A stretch of DNA of 64,000 nucleotides from Phoronis australis (Eukaryota; Animalia; Phoronida): assembly GCA_002633005.1 (NCBI GenBank), contig NMRA01000112.1, positions 182,275 to 246,274 on the forward strand. The letters run 5' to 3'. Position 1 is the stretch's first letter. Each line of letters begins with the position of its first letter. A model generated the notes under the pieces. The model was not told where the DNA came from, ran no database searches, and worked only from the letters and a program-made list of their open reading frames with translations. This document shows positions 48,599 through 60,971 of the stretch, piece after piece. Position numbers and translations under genes: made by a program.

Positions 48599-50212
48599 AT
48601 GGAGGAAGTTGAACCATTGCAAGCCAATGGGAGAACAAGAAGTTCAAGTGAAAGTTTTGGTGTTGCCACGAATCGGATAGAATTGCCGTGTGCTGAAAAA
48701 GAAGCTGACCCTATTTTGACTAAGAGGCATAGTATTGAATATAGAACAGGAGACAAAGACGTTGATAGCGCCGCTGTTGAACCTTTTATTCAGAGTCCAG
48801 AATCAAACCCGAATTCAAATATAAGTATCGACAGAATCAGAATCCTCAACACCGTCTCATTGTATTGTAGCTATGCTCTGTTTGGCTTCTGCGTCACGCT
48901 GCTGGGTCCAGCTCTCCAGGACTTAAAAGTGCTTTTGGGAACCACAACCAAGGACATCGTGCTCGTCTTCACTTTTCAGAGCGGTGGCTTTATTCTAGGG
49001 TCATTCGGGGTCATGCCTTTGATTGGCCGCATCAACTACAATGTCATTGTGCTTCTCTGTGGTGTTGGTGTGCTCATAAGTGTTGCCGTCATGCCGTGGA
49101 TGCCTTCGTTAGCGTCGTTCATCGCAGTTGGAACTCTACAAGGCGTCATGTCCTCTGCCCTTCACACGACTGCCCAGGTCTACTTGGTGGTTCTTTGGGA
49201 GAACAGCTCATACAGTCATTCGCTCATGCAAGGAATGCATGGCGTTTGGTCTATCGCGGCGACTATTGGACCATTTATTCTCTCCCCGTTTCTCTCCCAG
49301 ACTTCTGCCGCAACCGAGCTACAAGGAAATATCACGTGCAATAGCACCGACACTGTTATGTTTGCGCAAATCAATGGCTCCAATATAGTTTCATACAATG
49401 GTAGTGCCAGTGGTTCTGAGGACACGACTGAGGAAGGATTTAACTCTATGGTGCAATATGGGTTTCTGACAGTAGTCAGTATCTGTGCTCTTGCTCCCAT
49501 GATGAACGGGATAGCATTTTGCTGCGAGAATAAAGGCCTGTGGTTCACCCATGGCAAAGAAAAGCACACCGTCGAGAAATCGATGAAACATTCGCTTAGT
49601 ACGAGACTGCTTCTCATTGCTGTGTTAGCAGCATACTTTTCCGTTTACGTCAGCGAGGAAGTCGCCACTGGTAATCTTGCAGCGACTTTTGTTTTGCAGG
49701 GACTTAAGTGGGAAAGATGGACAGGGCCCGTGATCACCTCTGTCTACTGGGGCTCCTTTGGGCTCGCACGTGTTGTGGCGATCTTCATCGCTATGGTTGT
49801 TCCTGCGAAACGCATGGTTGCAGTCATGGTCACAGTGATCTGTGCTGCTTTCCTAGCCATGACGGTTGCTGCCGAATCTCATGAGGTGGTCACGTGGGTT
49901 TGTATCGCCCTCATTGGTGCTGGTGAGGGACCTTTCTTTGCATCGGGGATGGTCATGGCGAATAAAATTATATCCCTGGATGGTGTTGCCTCTGCGTTGT
50001 TCACCATTTCGAGCTCGGCTGCAATTATGGTGTCCAATACTGTAGTCGGGTCGTTGTTTGACAAGTACGGACACATGACCATGATCTATTATTTTTTTGC
50101 TTCGAGCATATTACTTGTTGTTCTGTTTTTTGTCGTAGCTGTCCTAGATTCAAAGTTTTCTCTTAAACATGACGAAAAAAAACATGTCAATGAGACGTCT
50201 ACTGAGTGTTAA
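48599..50212 (+). CDS. Major facilitator superfamily transporter, MFSD4/NaGLT1 (FucP-related)-like, 537 aa, CDS in a single exon
   Basis: Longest ORF in window; about 12 hydrophobic helices; motifs LGPALQDL, FTFQSGGFILGS, MQGMHGVWSIAATIGP, YVSEEVATG, SVYWGSFGLARVVAI resemble MFSD4-family consensus; first ATG at 48599 (track starts at TTG 48581); acceptor cattgtattgcag at 48548 suggests an upstream UTR exon. Confidence 0.9.
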   Translation: MEEVEPLQANGRTRSSSESFGVATNRIELPCAEKEADPILTKRHSIEYRTGDKDVDSAAVEPFIQSPESNPNSNISIDRIRILNTVSLYCSYALFGFCVTLLGPALQDLKVLLGTTTKDIVLVFTFQSGGFILGSFGVMPLIGRINYNVIVLLCGVGVLISVAVMPWMPSLASFIAVGTLQGVMSSALHTTAQVYLVVLWENSSYSHSLMQGMHGVWSIAATIGPFILSPFLSQTSAATELQGNITCNSTDTVMFAQINGSNIVSYNGSASGSEDTTEEGFNSMVQYGFLTVVSICALAPMMNGIAFCCENKGLWFTHGKEKHTVEKSMKHSLSTRLLLIAVLAAYFSVYVSEEVATGNLAATFVLQGLKWERWTGPVITSVYWGSFGLARVVAIFIAMVVPAKRMVAVMVTVICAAFLAMTVAAESHEVVTWVCIALIGAGEGPFFASGMVMANKIISLDGVASALFTISSSAAIMVSNTVVGSLFDKYGHMTMIYYFFASSILLVVLFFVVAVLDSKFSLKHDEKKHVNETSTEC

Positions 50213-53200
50213 GAGGATAACATGGGGCAATAGTGGGGATGCACGAGTCCCTGATTTGTGAACCAGTTGCTCCCCCTGAATGATGCCCGTTATTCAAAGG
50301 CAGTAACTGATCCTCAAATCAATTTTTAAGTTGGGGAGCCACCTATCCGACTACTACCCTGTGGAATATTTTGTGTTTCATTAAGTTGTGATTGTAATGC
50401 AAGGCAATTACTGTGATAAGTTATGTTTGAATTTCATAGAACAGTTGCTAGTTACGGTATTTGTTTTTGTTTTTTGTTTTGCTATGAAGTCAGATGCCAG
50501 ATGTTAAAAGATATTGTGACCTGAGACTGATCATTAGTGTGTTAACTACCTGTTAATTCGTCCAGTGTAAAAGTAAGAGTGCTTTGGTGACAAATTGTAC
50601 TTTCTAATTTTGCTATTTTCCTCTAAGTCACTATTTACAAATTTTGATACTTTGAATGCGTTTGGTATACCTATTATTACTTTGATCCTCATTTGTGTAA
50701 TGCCCTTAAGCTTCTGGAGAATTCTTCATGAAGTGCAGCGCATTTATTAAAATGTCTCCCAATTCTTCAGGGGTGCTTAGACCGGAAGTCTAATTATGGT
50801 AAAAGTTCTTCAGTTTTGGACAGTGAAAAATTCTCATTATTTTGCTCATGGTCAGAGCTTCTCCCAAATTCTAGAAATAGCCAGAACTGGTCGTCCCAAA
50901 TTCAAGAATCACTGGAAAGATAGCAAAATTACCCACCCCAAAACGAAAGCATATTTTCCGAAATTTAAGAAATACCTTGAATGTTGAAATTGCCCTTGTC
51001 CCAATTTCCAGAAACGAGAAAATTAAATTTTTGTGCAAGTTTCCATGTCCCAAATTCTAGAGATTGGTCAAAATTTGAGAATTTTTACCTTACCATTTGC
51101 AGGAACCAAATCAATTTGAGTGTGTAAACAGGGCCCTCAATCCCTCGGGTTTTGGGCGCCACTCGTCTCTGAAAAATATTTAGAATCACACAAAATTCTC
51201 AGGAGGTCTAAAAATTCCCTTCAAGTAATAGAAAAATTCCTCTCGAGATAGAAATCACTTGTAACTGAGATGGGTGACAGTTTGAATGAGCTCTAGCTGT
51301 TAGTTTTGGTCACTTAAGGCAGATCCTCTGAGGGCTTGTGACAGGGTGGAGGGCTGATATTGAAGGTGATCAGGAGGTAGAATTTTCCCTCAAAAAAAAT
51401 CACCTCTAAGAAGACACGGTCACCTTTCCCCTCAGGTGACCTGGGACCCAGGTAAAGAGTGCTATCCGTGTTATCACTCACAGTCACTTCTGTTCCTAAT
51501 CACAAATGTGGAGGTGATCATACAGTGAACATGTAGTGGTTTATTTTACTCCCTCGTGTATGGATCATTCAGTGGAAGTAAAATGAGATTATGGCACCTC
51601 GTGTTTTTCAAATTATGTCTCGTTTTATTCAGTTGTCTCCCAAGAACCCTCAACAGATTTTGTGTGTTTTTGAGTGTAGTAAATTCATTGAAATTGTGAA
51701 AATGCTGTTCTTAATCATTCATTGGCCACTGGTCACAACATACATGTATATTACTCGGTGTTCAAGTCTTCTAAAAGGCAATACTACCTTCAGGAGTTCG
51801 GGTTCTTCATAAAGGAGGCTATGCACATGAGGTTGAATCACAGTGAGCACTATTTGAATAGAAACATTGGTTCATTTGAGCTAAAACTGTTTTGATTTCT
51901 GGTCTCTTCCCTAACAATGCCTTTTGATGTGTACGGTGCAGACTGTTCTCCTGTGTTACCTGACGTGAGTGTTGGGAATATGTCTTGAGAGTGGGATTCA
52001 TTATAAATAGAAAGGTCGACTAATACAATGTCTATGTTTACAGATGGGCTGATGTTAAAGTTCTTACTCATATTTTGGCTGAAAACGAATGTGATCAAAA
52101 GTGTATTTGTCAACAGGTATTCAAAACCAAATTTACCTTAGCATTGTGCCTCATGGTATTCAGCTGTGTCAAAAGATGTTGGGTGTTTTTGAATGTAGTA
52201 AATTTATTTAAATTGTAAAAGTGTTTTTGTTTTCTAACAGGTGTTCAAAACCAAATTACCAAGTATTATGTCTCATTATATTCGGTTGTATTTCAAGGAC
52301 TGTCAAAGGATGTTGGATGTTTTTGACTGTGGTAACTTTATATAAATTGTGTTTTTGTGATTCAATATTACAAGTTGTGTGCCTCTTGCGTGCAATTATG
52401 TGAACATTCTAATGCAGGCTTGCTGAACAACATGGCTGACACACAAACAAAGCTCTGCACTTATTAATACGGTTCATGGGTCCCACAAAGTCAACTCATT
52501 ACCCAGCAGGATGCTGGACTCGCGAAACATGGCTTGTACACCCAAAAACGCAGCTTCCGAGCCCCAACTCACTAACATTGCTCGCAGGTCGCCCAACAGT
52601 GTTGTCGGGGATAAAGCCCACCCTGCATGTTTGCAGGGGAGGATCAAGGATTTTGAGTGTGGTGGGGCAGGGCTGAGTATTTGCCAGGATTTTGCCCGTC
52701 AGACATTAATACCCTCGTACTGCCACATGGATAACTGGGAGAATTTTAGGGGGTCATGGTTCCCTTGGGCCCCATCTAAATGCGCCACTGATTTTTGAGT
52801 CCGAACACGTGAAAGCTGTGAAATGCGAGCCCGGCACCATTTTTGGCGTTTGGTAAACTGAAAATACTCCTAGGTCTGACATCAATCGGCCTAATGAGGA
52901 TATGGAGGAGTTATGCAGACCTATAGAGAAGAATGGAGACTTGGTGCGTGGATGTTAAGCTGATGTGTAGTCTAGACTAATGTACTTTCTGTATTTATGT
53001 CCCCGGGGATCACTTATGTTGGCGAGGTGTCCACAGACGTGTACCAAAAGTTGCTGAGAAACCCCCCTTTTGCTAGTGCCAGTTCTGTTAATCCCCACCC
53101 CCCTTTTGCGGGGTAGAATTTTCTCCCTCACTCCCTTTTGCGGGGTAGTTTTTTCTGCTCCACCTCTACATGTGCCGTGACCGTTATTTTCAAAGCAGAC

Positions 53201-53761
53201 TTAGTATTGGAGGGGCTCAGATTTCGACCTCCTAATACACTAAAAAGAACGCACTGGAAAATCAGAATTTCATTCAATTCGACCGCTTATGAGTGGTGTC
53301 CCGGCAGTTGTTCGATTCTTGCGGCTTATTTTCGGAATTTTATGTTCATTGTATTTACTTGCCTGAATATTTTAACGAAAATCAATGGTGATGCTTATTA
53401 CGGGTAGGAAGACTGCCAGTGCGCCTTTTGCAGGGCTAAGGCTAATGCAGTGGGCCTTTTGCATTGACGAAATGAAAATTAGGGGCCTATTTGACCTCGC
53501 GCCGGATCCCGAAAATCTTGCTGAAAAAGTACCGCCTACTCGCAATTTTTGTTACACGCCTCCGGGCACCTTGTCAATATGAGTGACCTCCAGAATTTAT
53601 GTTTTTTAATCAAGAATTATGCGACAATTTGAATTTTTGTTTACGCATGCTTTGATTTTCTAGAAAATGATGTTAAAATATATTCAGGATTCGGATGCCA
53701 TATATTTCCACTTGTGCCGCGTTGGACCTAGAAACGCGTCATAGTACTTCCAGGTTAGACT

Positions 53762-54006
53762 AGGGGCTCGTTCCAAGCAAACTGTCTTAGCTAAGGCAAA
53801 TCCTAAATTTTAAGATTAAACTTAAAAATTTGTTTCAGATCCGTTTCAGGAAGAGAACTTATTAAGTTTGACTTAGTTTATGACTTAAGTTTTGTCTTAA
53901 TTTTGACTAACTTGCCTGATGTGGAAGTTTCAAAGTTTGGAAGTTCATACAAATCTTAGACTTAAGTCAAAAATGAACTTCAGCCAGTTTCTTGGAACGG
54001 ACTCCT
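53762..54006. mobile_element. MITE, about 245 bp
   Basis: aggggctcgttccaagcaaactg versus cagtttcttggaacggactcct inverted termini; internal cttaag/acttag repeats. Confidence 0.65.
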
Positions 54007-54145
54007 GTTTTAGATGTAGGTCACACCAGTGAGCTTTATCTCATTGGGTCACGCGTCAGTTGCTCTCAGGTAATGTTATGGACTACAGCGATACCTTTGG
54101 GGTGAAATTGGGTTGCAGGCAAACGTTCCGTACTTGGTTTCCGTA

Positions 54146-54731
54146 CCGTGTAACTCCGCAATTTCATTATTTGGCGCATGTGCCCATATGCGGAACACTG
54201 TTTATTTGCAAGTTTTTACTCAGATGTCCCGCATATAGGCGCATGCGCTTAATTTTCGTAATTAGGCGCAGCTAATGCTCCGGTTAAGGGCGCACACTAA
54301 ATGCATCTCGGACACAACGTGTGGCCTTAGTGACACTCTAGGTGAGTAGGCCTACTGGAGCAATCAAATTCTAAAAATAAAGTTTTAAAACTCATTACAA
54401 ACTATATTTTCAATGACTTAGGAATAAAATAACACTTGTTCAACTACCGTGGCGACTAGTCCCGGCAACTCTACCGTGTCTTAGTACTTGCTTTCTGTGT
54501 CCGAAGACAAAGTGATCGACGTGGATTCGGAGTCCGAACAAGCAATACAGGCTCGTCGGCAGTATGTCAGAAAGTATTTGCACTATAATCCACTTGTAAA
54601 CTAAGAGAATTTTTAAATCATTGAAGGTGCGCCTATATCCGGAGCACCATAGGCGCTTGTGCCCTAAGTCCCGCAATGACGAGTCACGGTTCCTCAATTA
54701 GACAAATGCGTCTAATTGCGTGGCTATACGG
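54146..54731. mobile_element. pogo/Tc-like MITE, 586 bp
   Basis: TA|ccgtgtaactccgcaatt ... aattgcgtggctatacgg|TA; subterminal taggcgc repeats. Confidence 0.7.
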
Positions 54732-56022
54732 TATAAGTGTATAATAATAAATTGATAAAAATCACACCAGTACAGAGAAATGAAGGAAAAGCATAAAAAA
54801 TAAAAGTACAAGAAAGTGCAAGTCACGGATAACATAAAAAGTCACAGACTTATTTCCTTTGCGGTCCGTAAAAATCAGAAACAAAATAAAAACCGAGGAA
54901 AGGCGAAAGATCAGCAGCAAACTATGCTTTTAGACTAGAAAAGGTTTAGTTGACGTTTGCATAACACAAAAAATATGAAGACATAATTTTGTAATGCCAC
55001 TGTTGTTATCAAGTTTATAAAAGCCTATTCTCGTGTTCTCCACAGCAGAGAATTCAAACTGGACTAGGAATTTGCAAAATTCACACAGTTCGGAAATCCA
55101 TGTCCATATTGGAGGAGTTCCTGTCTTAAAATCAATGCATTAAACTAGCAGGTACCAAATGTCCAAAATATTTCAAATGCATTGCGTTACTGGCTTACCA
55201 GAAAGGTACACGAACTCAACTCGAACGATTCGGCTGGTCCTGAGACGAGACCCATGTAATGCTGTTCAAGCACCATGCATAAATTTTAAGGATGGTCTAA
55301 TGACAACTAAATGACTGCACCACTTCACCAGTTCTAAAAAAACAGATCGGAACCAGCTATGCTTTTGAATCTTTTTTGTGTCACAGTTTTTGCCAGTAGC
55401 CATGTTTTTCTCGTATACTTTCAAAATTCATTGCTATATATACTTTCCCCCAAACTAATTGTATCGAATAGGGCCGCTCCGGATTACACGGCGATAGAAC
55501 TCTCCTTTGTCTAAGAGATAAGAAAGCCTGTTACTTAGTTTTGTATAATATCAGGTACATTTTCGTGTCTCTCATTGATGTCGGGAAGGCGGAGAATTTC
55601 AGTTCACGCGCGGGTATTTGTCCAGTTTATCCAATTTTTTCTCGTTCGAGTTGCAGCCCACAACACAGCAGTAATACTTCATTGGCATTGGAAGGACGAA
55701 TAGACCAATTTTGTAAAGAACCTGACAACAACAAATAACATGCAAAACTCTAGTGCCACCATAGATAGTCTATGGCCCTATTGCCGGTAACGACGAAAAT
55801 GAACTAAATTTCGCAAAACAATTTGAATTGCATGTTAATTAAATTTGTCCTATTGATGACGTTTCACAACAAAACCAAGGAAACTTAGTCTGAATAAATC
55901 GTTCATGTTTCTATTTTATATATTACTTATTCATTGTCCCTTGCGTTCTAATTTGGATCTCCTGTGTATATTGAAAGTCAACCAGTTGTAAGTGGCTTCG
56001 TGACCATTATTTATCCTGGGGC

Positions 56023-56029
56023 TATAAAA
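56023..56029 (+). promoter_or_regulatory. TATA box of the secreted peptide gene
   Basis: gggcTATAAAAtaag, about 30 nt upstream of an Inr-like ttcacct (56055-56061) and a short exon ending in a consensus donor. Confidence 0.6.
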
Positions 56030-56054
56030 TAAGTCAAGCATGTAAGGACACGCG

Positions 56055-56115
56055 TTCACCTTGGCAGTTGTCACAGGACTTCAAATCTTTGTAGAAGCGC
56101 AGAAAGTCAAGTCAG
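56055..56115 (+). other. Non-coding 5' UTR exon 1 of the secreted peptide gene
   Basis: Lies between TATA/Inr and donor tcag|gtgagt at 56116; contains no ATG. Confidence 0.55.
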
Positions 56116-57989
56116 GTGAGTACCATCTGTATGACAAGTGATCTACAACATGCTCGCAAGATGAAAGTTAGTGTCACGCTATGTCTAAAATAAGCAGACA
56201 TTTAAAAGGATTTACTAACAGACGTTAATTTAAGTGATTTCCAAATTTAGAATTGATAAACACAGGAATGACTTAAATTTGTAAATGGACCACGATTTTT
56301 ATTTCCTGTATATAAATGGTTCTCGTCAACTCGTGAATTTTTTCAACAGCGGGCAGCCTTTTTCGTGAAATGGGGGAAATCGCAAGGTAGTGACAAACTT
56401 CTCTTAGATTCATTTTTGCTGGACGCAGTGCAGTCCCCAGCTCAATACTGTTGTACTATGCCTTGTAAAATCTGACACTTGTTTTTTTCACACTTAAGGT
56501 GCCCACATACAGGGTAACCGATTTTCCTCACCTACGAACCGTTACCATTAATTACCACACTCCTTTTTAGCAAATACAACTCTTTTGTTACAAACAGTAT
56601 TTCCCTTCTAAAGCAATACTTTTATGAACATTTTTCATTCCTGCTACCGTTGTGTTCTCCAAGTCTGTTGCTTTGTCATATTTTTGTTGTTGTTTTTTTT
56701 TTTGTTCTTTTCTTGTTTTTTTCTTTGTTCGCACGTTACAGGTCACATTTCTTATCCGGTCAGCGTAGAATTATCATATGACGTGTCTCGTGAAATCTGG
56801 AGCAAGAGGTTGCTGTCGGTGGATATTTTCCACAATTATGGTTTGCAGACCTGTAGCTCCGTTATCTCTGAAGGGATTTTTACGACTTTTTATGTATAGA
56901 GCGTTTTACGGGCTATCGGAAATATGCCATTTCTTTTTCTCTAGGACATATCGTTACTGAGTTACTCGAGAGTTTCCGATAACTGCACTCCAATTATTTA
57001 TCTTTTGCCGTATCTTCGGCTTCCCTTGACGGACGTGTTTGAAATTTGGTATGTGGATAGTTATTCGAGGTTTTTTGATTCGATGATTGCTGTTATTGAC
57101 TGAGTCCTTAATGGACTTTTTATGTCTTATTATTTACTGTACGTTGGTCGATGTAACAAGCGATGGGGTCGTAGTTGTTCATGTTCTTGGTTTCGCCATC
57201 GACCGCACCTTTAAATTCTATTATTCGATTTCACCAAAGTATCTCTCTTCAGATCTTCAGAGTGCTTTCATTAAACTTCTTTTTGCTGTTAGGTCTTCCT
57301 ATGTATTTCATTTCAAAAGACAACGACCTGTAGCATTTCGCTCATGCACTGGACTCAGTCGCTTAATTCACAAGGGTAGGTCAATAATTAAGATGCTGGT
57401 GCCCGGTTTGTAAAGCAATTAAACTATAAAAAGAATTTGAAATAACACAGTTCACTCAGCGTATATAAAAAAAACATTATGTGAGACACTGCGTTTTGGC
57501 AATGTGGCTGCTCGTAGTAAAGGCACCCTAAGTTGTGGACGGACGAGCTCACCCCCTGAGCGGAATGCTGTTATAGATATATTGAATACTTTTACCCTCA
57601 AAATTGCTCCGAGGTCTGCTCGACCAAAATGCAAAATTTGACAGTTATTATATGGGCTCGATTACTTCGTTCCTTGTCACCTACTCCGTGTCAACTTTTG
57701 TAGTGAAAACGGAACTTAACCAGAGCAACTGATCGAGTACAACTCGCTCTTCCTTCCACACCGGCGTCAAAAATGGCCGCCACGGTGTCACACACTTGCA
57801 CCCGATCAGAAGTTCCGTGATTTTTTTTTTTTAATTGTTTATTGTGTTAATTCTTCCGTGACAGCTGTCTCTCGTGTAAATGCAACTTATGTCACTTGCA
57901 GGGCTTTGATTTTTTGTCAGATGCGATTAATTATCTGATCCCAGCAAAGTGCTTTTATACTCCAACCAGCACTCTTGAGTTTTACAGGT

Positions 57990-58178
57990 ATGTCGAAGGT
58001 CGTGTTATTTCTGCTGTTGGTCTTCTTAACGACGAGATGCGTTATTACGCAGCGTCCGTCCCCTGGTGTCTGGGAGAAAAAACCTACGTGTAAAAATGGC
58101 CAGTGCTACCTTTGCTTCATTGCTGAAGACGGATCTCACAAACCATGTTACAGAGTTCCTTACAGAGTTTACAAAAGG
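57990..58178 (+). CDS. Secreted cysteine-containing peptide precursor, exon 2 (signal peptide, 4-Cys mature peptide, KR)
   Basis: Acceptor gagttttacag at 57987, ATG 57990, donor agg|gtatga; MSKVVLFLLLVFLTTRCVIT-QRPSPGVWEKKPTCKNGQCYLCFIAEDGSHKPCYRVPYRVYKR. Confidence 0.78.
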
Positions 58179-59599
58179 GTATGAAATTCAGAAGTAGTGT
58201 CAATCGCGGGGCCACAAAAGACTTGCCACACAACAAAACTCTCGTTACGAAATGAAAACTCTTGTCACACCCCATATATAACTCATTTACGGCAAAAAGT
58301 CGTACCAAGAAATAAAGAGGCCTGTGGTGACTGAGTTGTAATGGGGGTCAGACATTTTCGTGGCAATGGTTCTCTGCGCGTGGTAAGATCTTTGTGGTGC
58401 GTGATAAATGTTTGTGGAGAGCAGTGAAAGTTTTGTTCCATTGCTAAAAGTTATGTAGTTATGTATTCTTCCGCTACACCACTAAGTACAAACACTTCAT
58501 ACTATGTGAACATTTGTTGATGACAGTGTGTGCGTGATCTGATACTGATTGGCTTGTAGGGCAAGTTCAATATCCTCTTGTAGTATTTATAAGCTTGCTC
58601 GACCTGAAACAGAAAAAATTATTCCAATTTTTCCTGTTTCATAAATTTAATAATATACAATTAGCAATTCCACGCTTTCATTTTAGACCTGGGAAGATTG
58701 CCCATCATGTCGACAGATTTTTAAGTTGGTACGTAGAACATTTTAAATGCCATTCCATTCGTACTGTTGCACGTGAATGATTGTAAAACCATCAAAATAT
58801 CCTTTACACAATGAATTGTGGTCTTAGTTCCTCATACTCTGGGAATGTGTACATTGCACAGGTGTCGCTTAGGACTCGAGTTGTCGCCGCACCAACGTGT
58901 AAGAAGTGCGGGCTTGCGAATATGGCATGCAGTGGTTTGCTCTCTGTTGCCTCAATTTTTGAACTTCCTGTCGCAAGATTTTCCACATTTGAAGTAATAA
59001 AATGGTCTCCTAACAGTGACAACAATTAAGGTGGGGCCTCTGATTTATGCGGGGCCCTTAGCTGTGGCTTAGTTTTAGGCATAATCAAGCACTCACTGAA
59101 GAAAACAAGTTTTTCTTCTATACCATGTTTTCAGTTCAAAGTTTGATAATTCATAAATTGTCATTTAATTCTCTTTCCCTTCAAATGAAAATGTATAGGT
59201 TTTTACAATAAGCAAAACAATGAAAAATGACGACACAAAGTGGTTTGAATTCATTGTCAGCATCGTCGGTTGCCAGTGTTAGGAGTCTCGTGTTCAAACC
59301 TACGAAATGTGGGCTTCATCGCAGGCTGAGATTGGTTTCTGAGCAGAAGAAATGGAGACATTTTAATAATATGAACAGAGGCTGCTTAATTTCTCATAGA
59401 TACATACATATGTGGCATATTGCATGCGCGTTCATACACGACATTCGGTTCCTATTCGTCTTACATGTTCCTGCTGCAATAGAATAATACCAAGTGGCCA
59501 ATGTCCATCCGTTCACACTGCCACCGACTTCTTGTAGTGGGACAATATCAGGTACCCTTGCACTATCCGTTCATCGTTCCTCTGTGCCGGTTCTGGTGC

Positions 59600-59935
59600 T
59601 GGGTTTCTATGATATTGTGATCAGTGACAGATTCATATTTTTATGGGGCATGACGTCAGTACCAGCCATCATGGAGACCCCTACATGGCGACGAGCAACA
59701 GTTGTCTCTCTGAGCTTGAAACTAACCCCACTCGTCCCAAAATCCTCCCCCGGTTGCAATTAATTCCAACCTGTCTTTCGTTCGCCGCCATACCTCTCAG
59801 CCTCCTAACGCCACCGCTCCACGCCCCCTCGGTTGCCACTGATTCCTCAGTGTCTCACGGTCTCCCACAAATTGCATCTTCCATTTTGCAGCGCTGTACC
59901 GTATGATGCATTGCCTGGTCCATCTTGCTGCAAGG
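59600..59935 (-). mobile_element. Degenerate RTE-like LINE remnant in intron 2 of the peptide gene
   Basis: Minus strand reads ...aaatggaagatgcaatttgtgggagac...gaggctgagaggtatggcggcgaac..., resembling the decayed RTE ORF C-terminus (RW.D.V..DL....W..A...A.DR..W); GC-rich island in AT-rich intron. Confidence 0.4.
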
Positions 59936-60327
59936 TGGAATCCCTGTTCATTGTGTAAATTAATTTAATGGGAAATTAAGTTAAGCATAGTGGCAACTTC
60001 GGCGTTGAGACATCTCGATTTAAAGCCTATACATCGAGTTTCTAGCTGAAAAAAGCACCGTTTTAACCGATCTTTTTGTAATCTTGACATTAAGTTCCCG
60101 AAATCTTACTAAAATGAGAATATCGTATACCATATTAATTCTGCATTTTAATCCTATGTTGCTTGGATACATTGTGTGTTTATATCTATGCTAGTAATGG
60201 TTGTGTCAAATATAGATGGCTTATTGTTTTGAACTCACTAGCTCAGTGTTCATAGATCAGTAAAGCATTTTTCTGTGCATGAACTTAGAATTGCACTTAC
60301 TACAGTTAATAAAATTTTCTGTTTCAG

Positions 60328-60351
60328 ATTTCTGGTCTAGAAAAGGAGTAA
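60328..60351 (+). CDS. Secreted peptide precursor, exon 3 (C-terminal tail ISGLEKE*)
   Basis: Strong acceptor aattttctgtttcag, phase 0 matching exon 2; att tct ggt cta gaa aag gag taa; AATAAA at 60480-60485 followed by a T-rich element. Confidence 0.62.
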   Translation: MSGLEKE

Positions 60352-60479
60352 ATACATGTAAAATTTAAAGAAGAGGACGAGGACACGAACTAGAGACGCG
60401 GACAATCCGAATAACGGCAGTGAACTTGAATTACACCCAGTAGTCCATAATTTATGAAATACAGTTTGATGAATTATTA

Positions 60480-60485
60480 AATAAA
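60480..60485 (+). promoter_or_regulatory. Polyadenylation signal of the secreted peptide gene
   Basis: AATAAA about 130 nt after the stop, followed by gtatttttgtttttgtc. Confidence 0.55.
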
Positions 60486-60600
60486 CCAAAATAGTATTTT
60501 TGTTTTTGTCGCCAACAAGCATGGATAATTCATGAAATACCTGGTGGCTGATCTAAGAGGTATTTGGGCATAGAGCGCTACAGAGCAGATGTGCACAAGT

Positions 60601-60824
60601 CAGAGGCGGATCTGTGCCAGTTTTATGGACCACACTACACTACTCATGCTAGTTGATAACCTTGTGGACCAAAAAACAACGCCTACGGCCATTGCGACTA
60701 TTTGTTATCCTTTGGACATGATGGTCTGCTCTCCTCTCTAATTCTAAATTTTTTGTTGTGCGAGCGGACGGGTTATGTATTGAGGAGGGGTTAAACCCAT
60801 TCAACCCCTGTAGATCCGCCACTG
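60601..60824. mobile_element. hAT-like MITE; similar-type element at about 52634-52790
   Basis: cagaggcggatct ... agatccgccactg terminal inverted repeats; no clear TSD. Confidence 0.6.
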
Positions 60825-60923
60825 ACCTTGCGCGAAGTGAACACTCGAAAAATATTATAATTTAAAAAGTTTGCAAAAGTGGAAGACGTGCGAGGGTGAT
60901 TTACATATATGGGGGGGGGGGGG

Positions 60924-60971
60924 NNNNNNNNNNNNNNNNNNNNNNNNNNNNNNNNNNNNNNNNNNNNNNNN
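60924..60971. other. Assembly gap next to poly-G (single Ns also at 5966 and 36503)
   Basis: Run of 48 N after a 13-G tract. Confidence 0.98.

Noticed and set aside
49096-50082. Alternative-frame and antisense ORFs inside the MFS CDS
   Set aside because: Shadow ORFs of the real coding sequence
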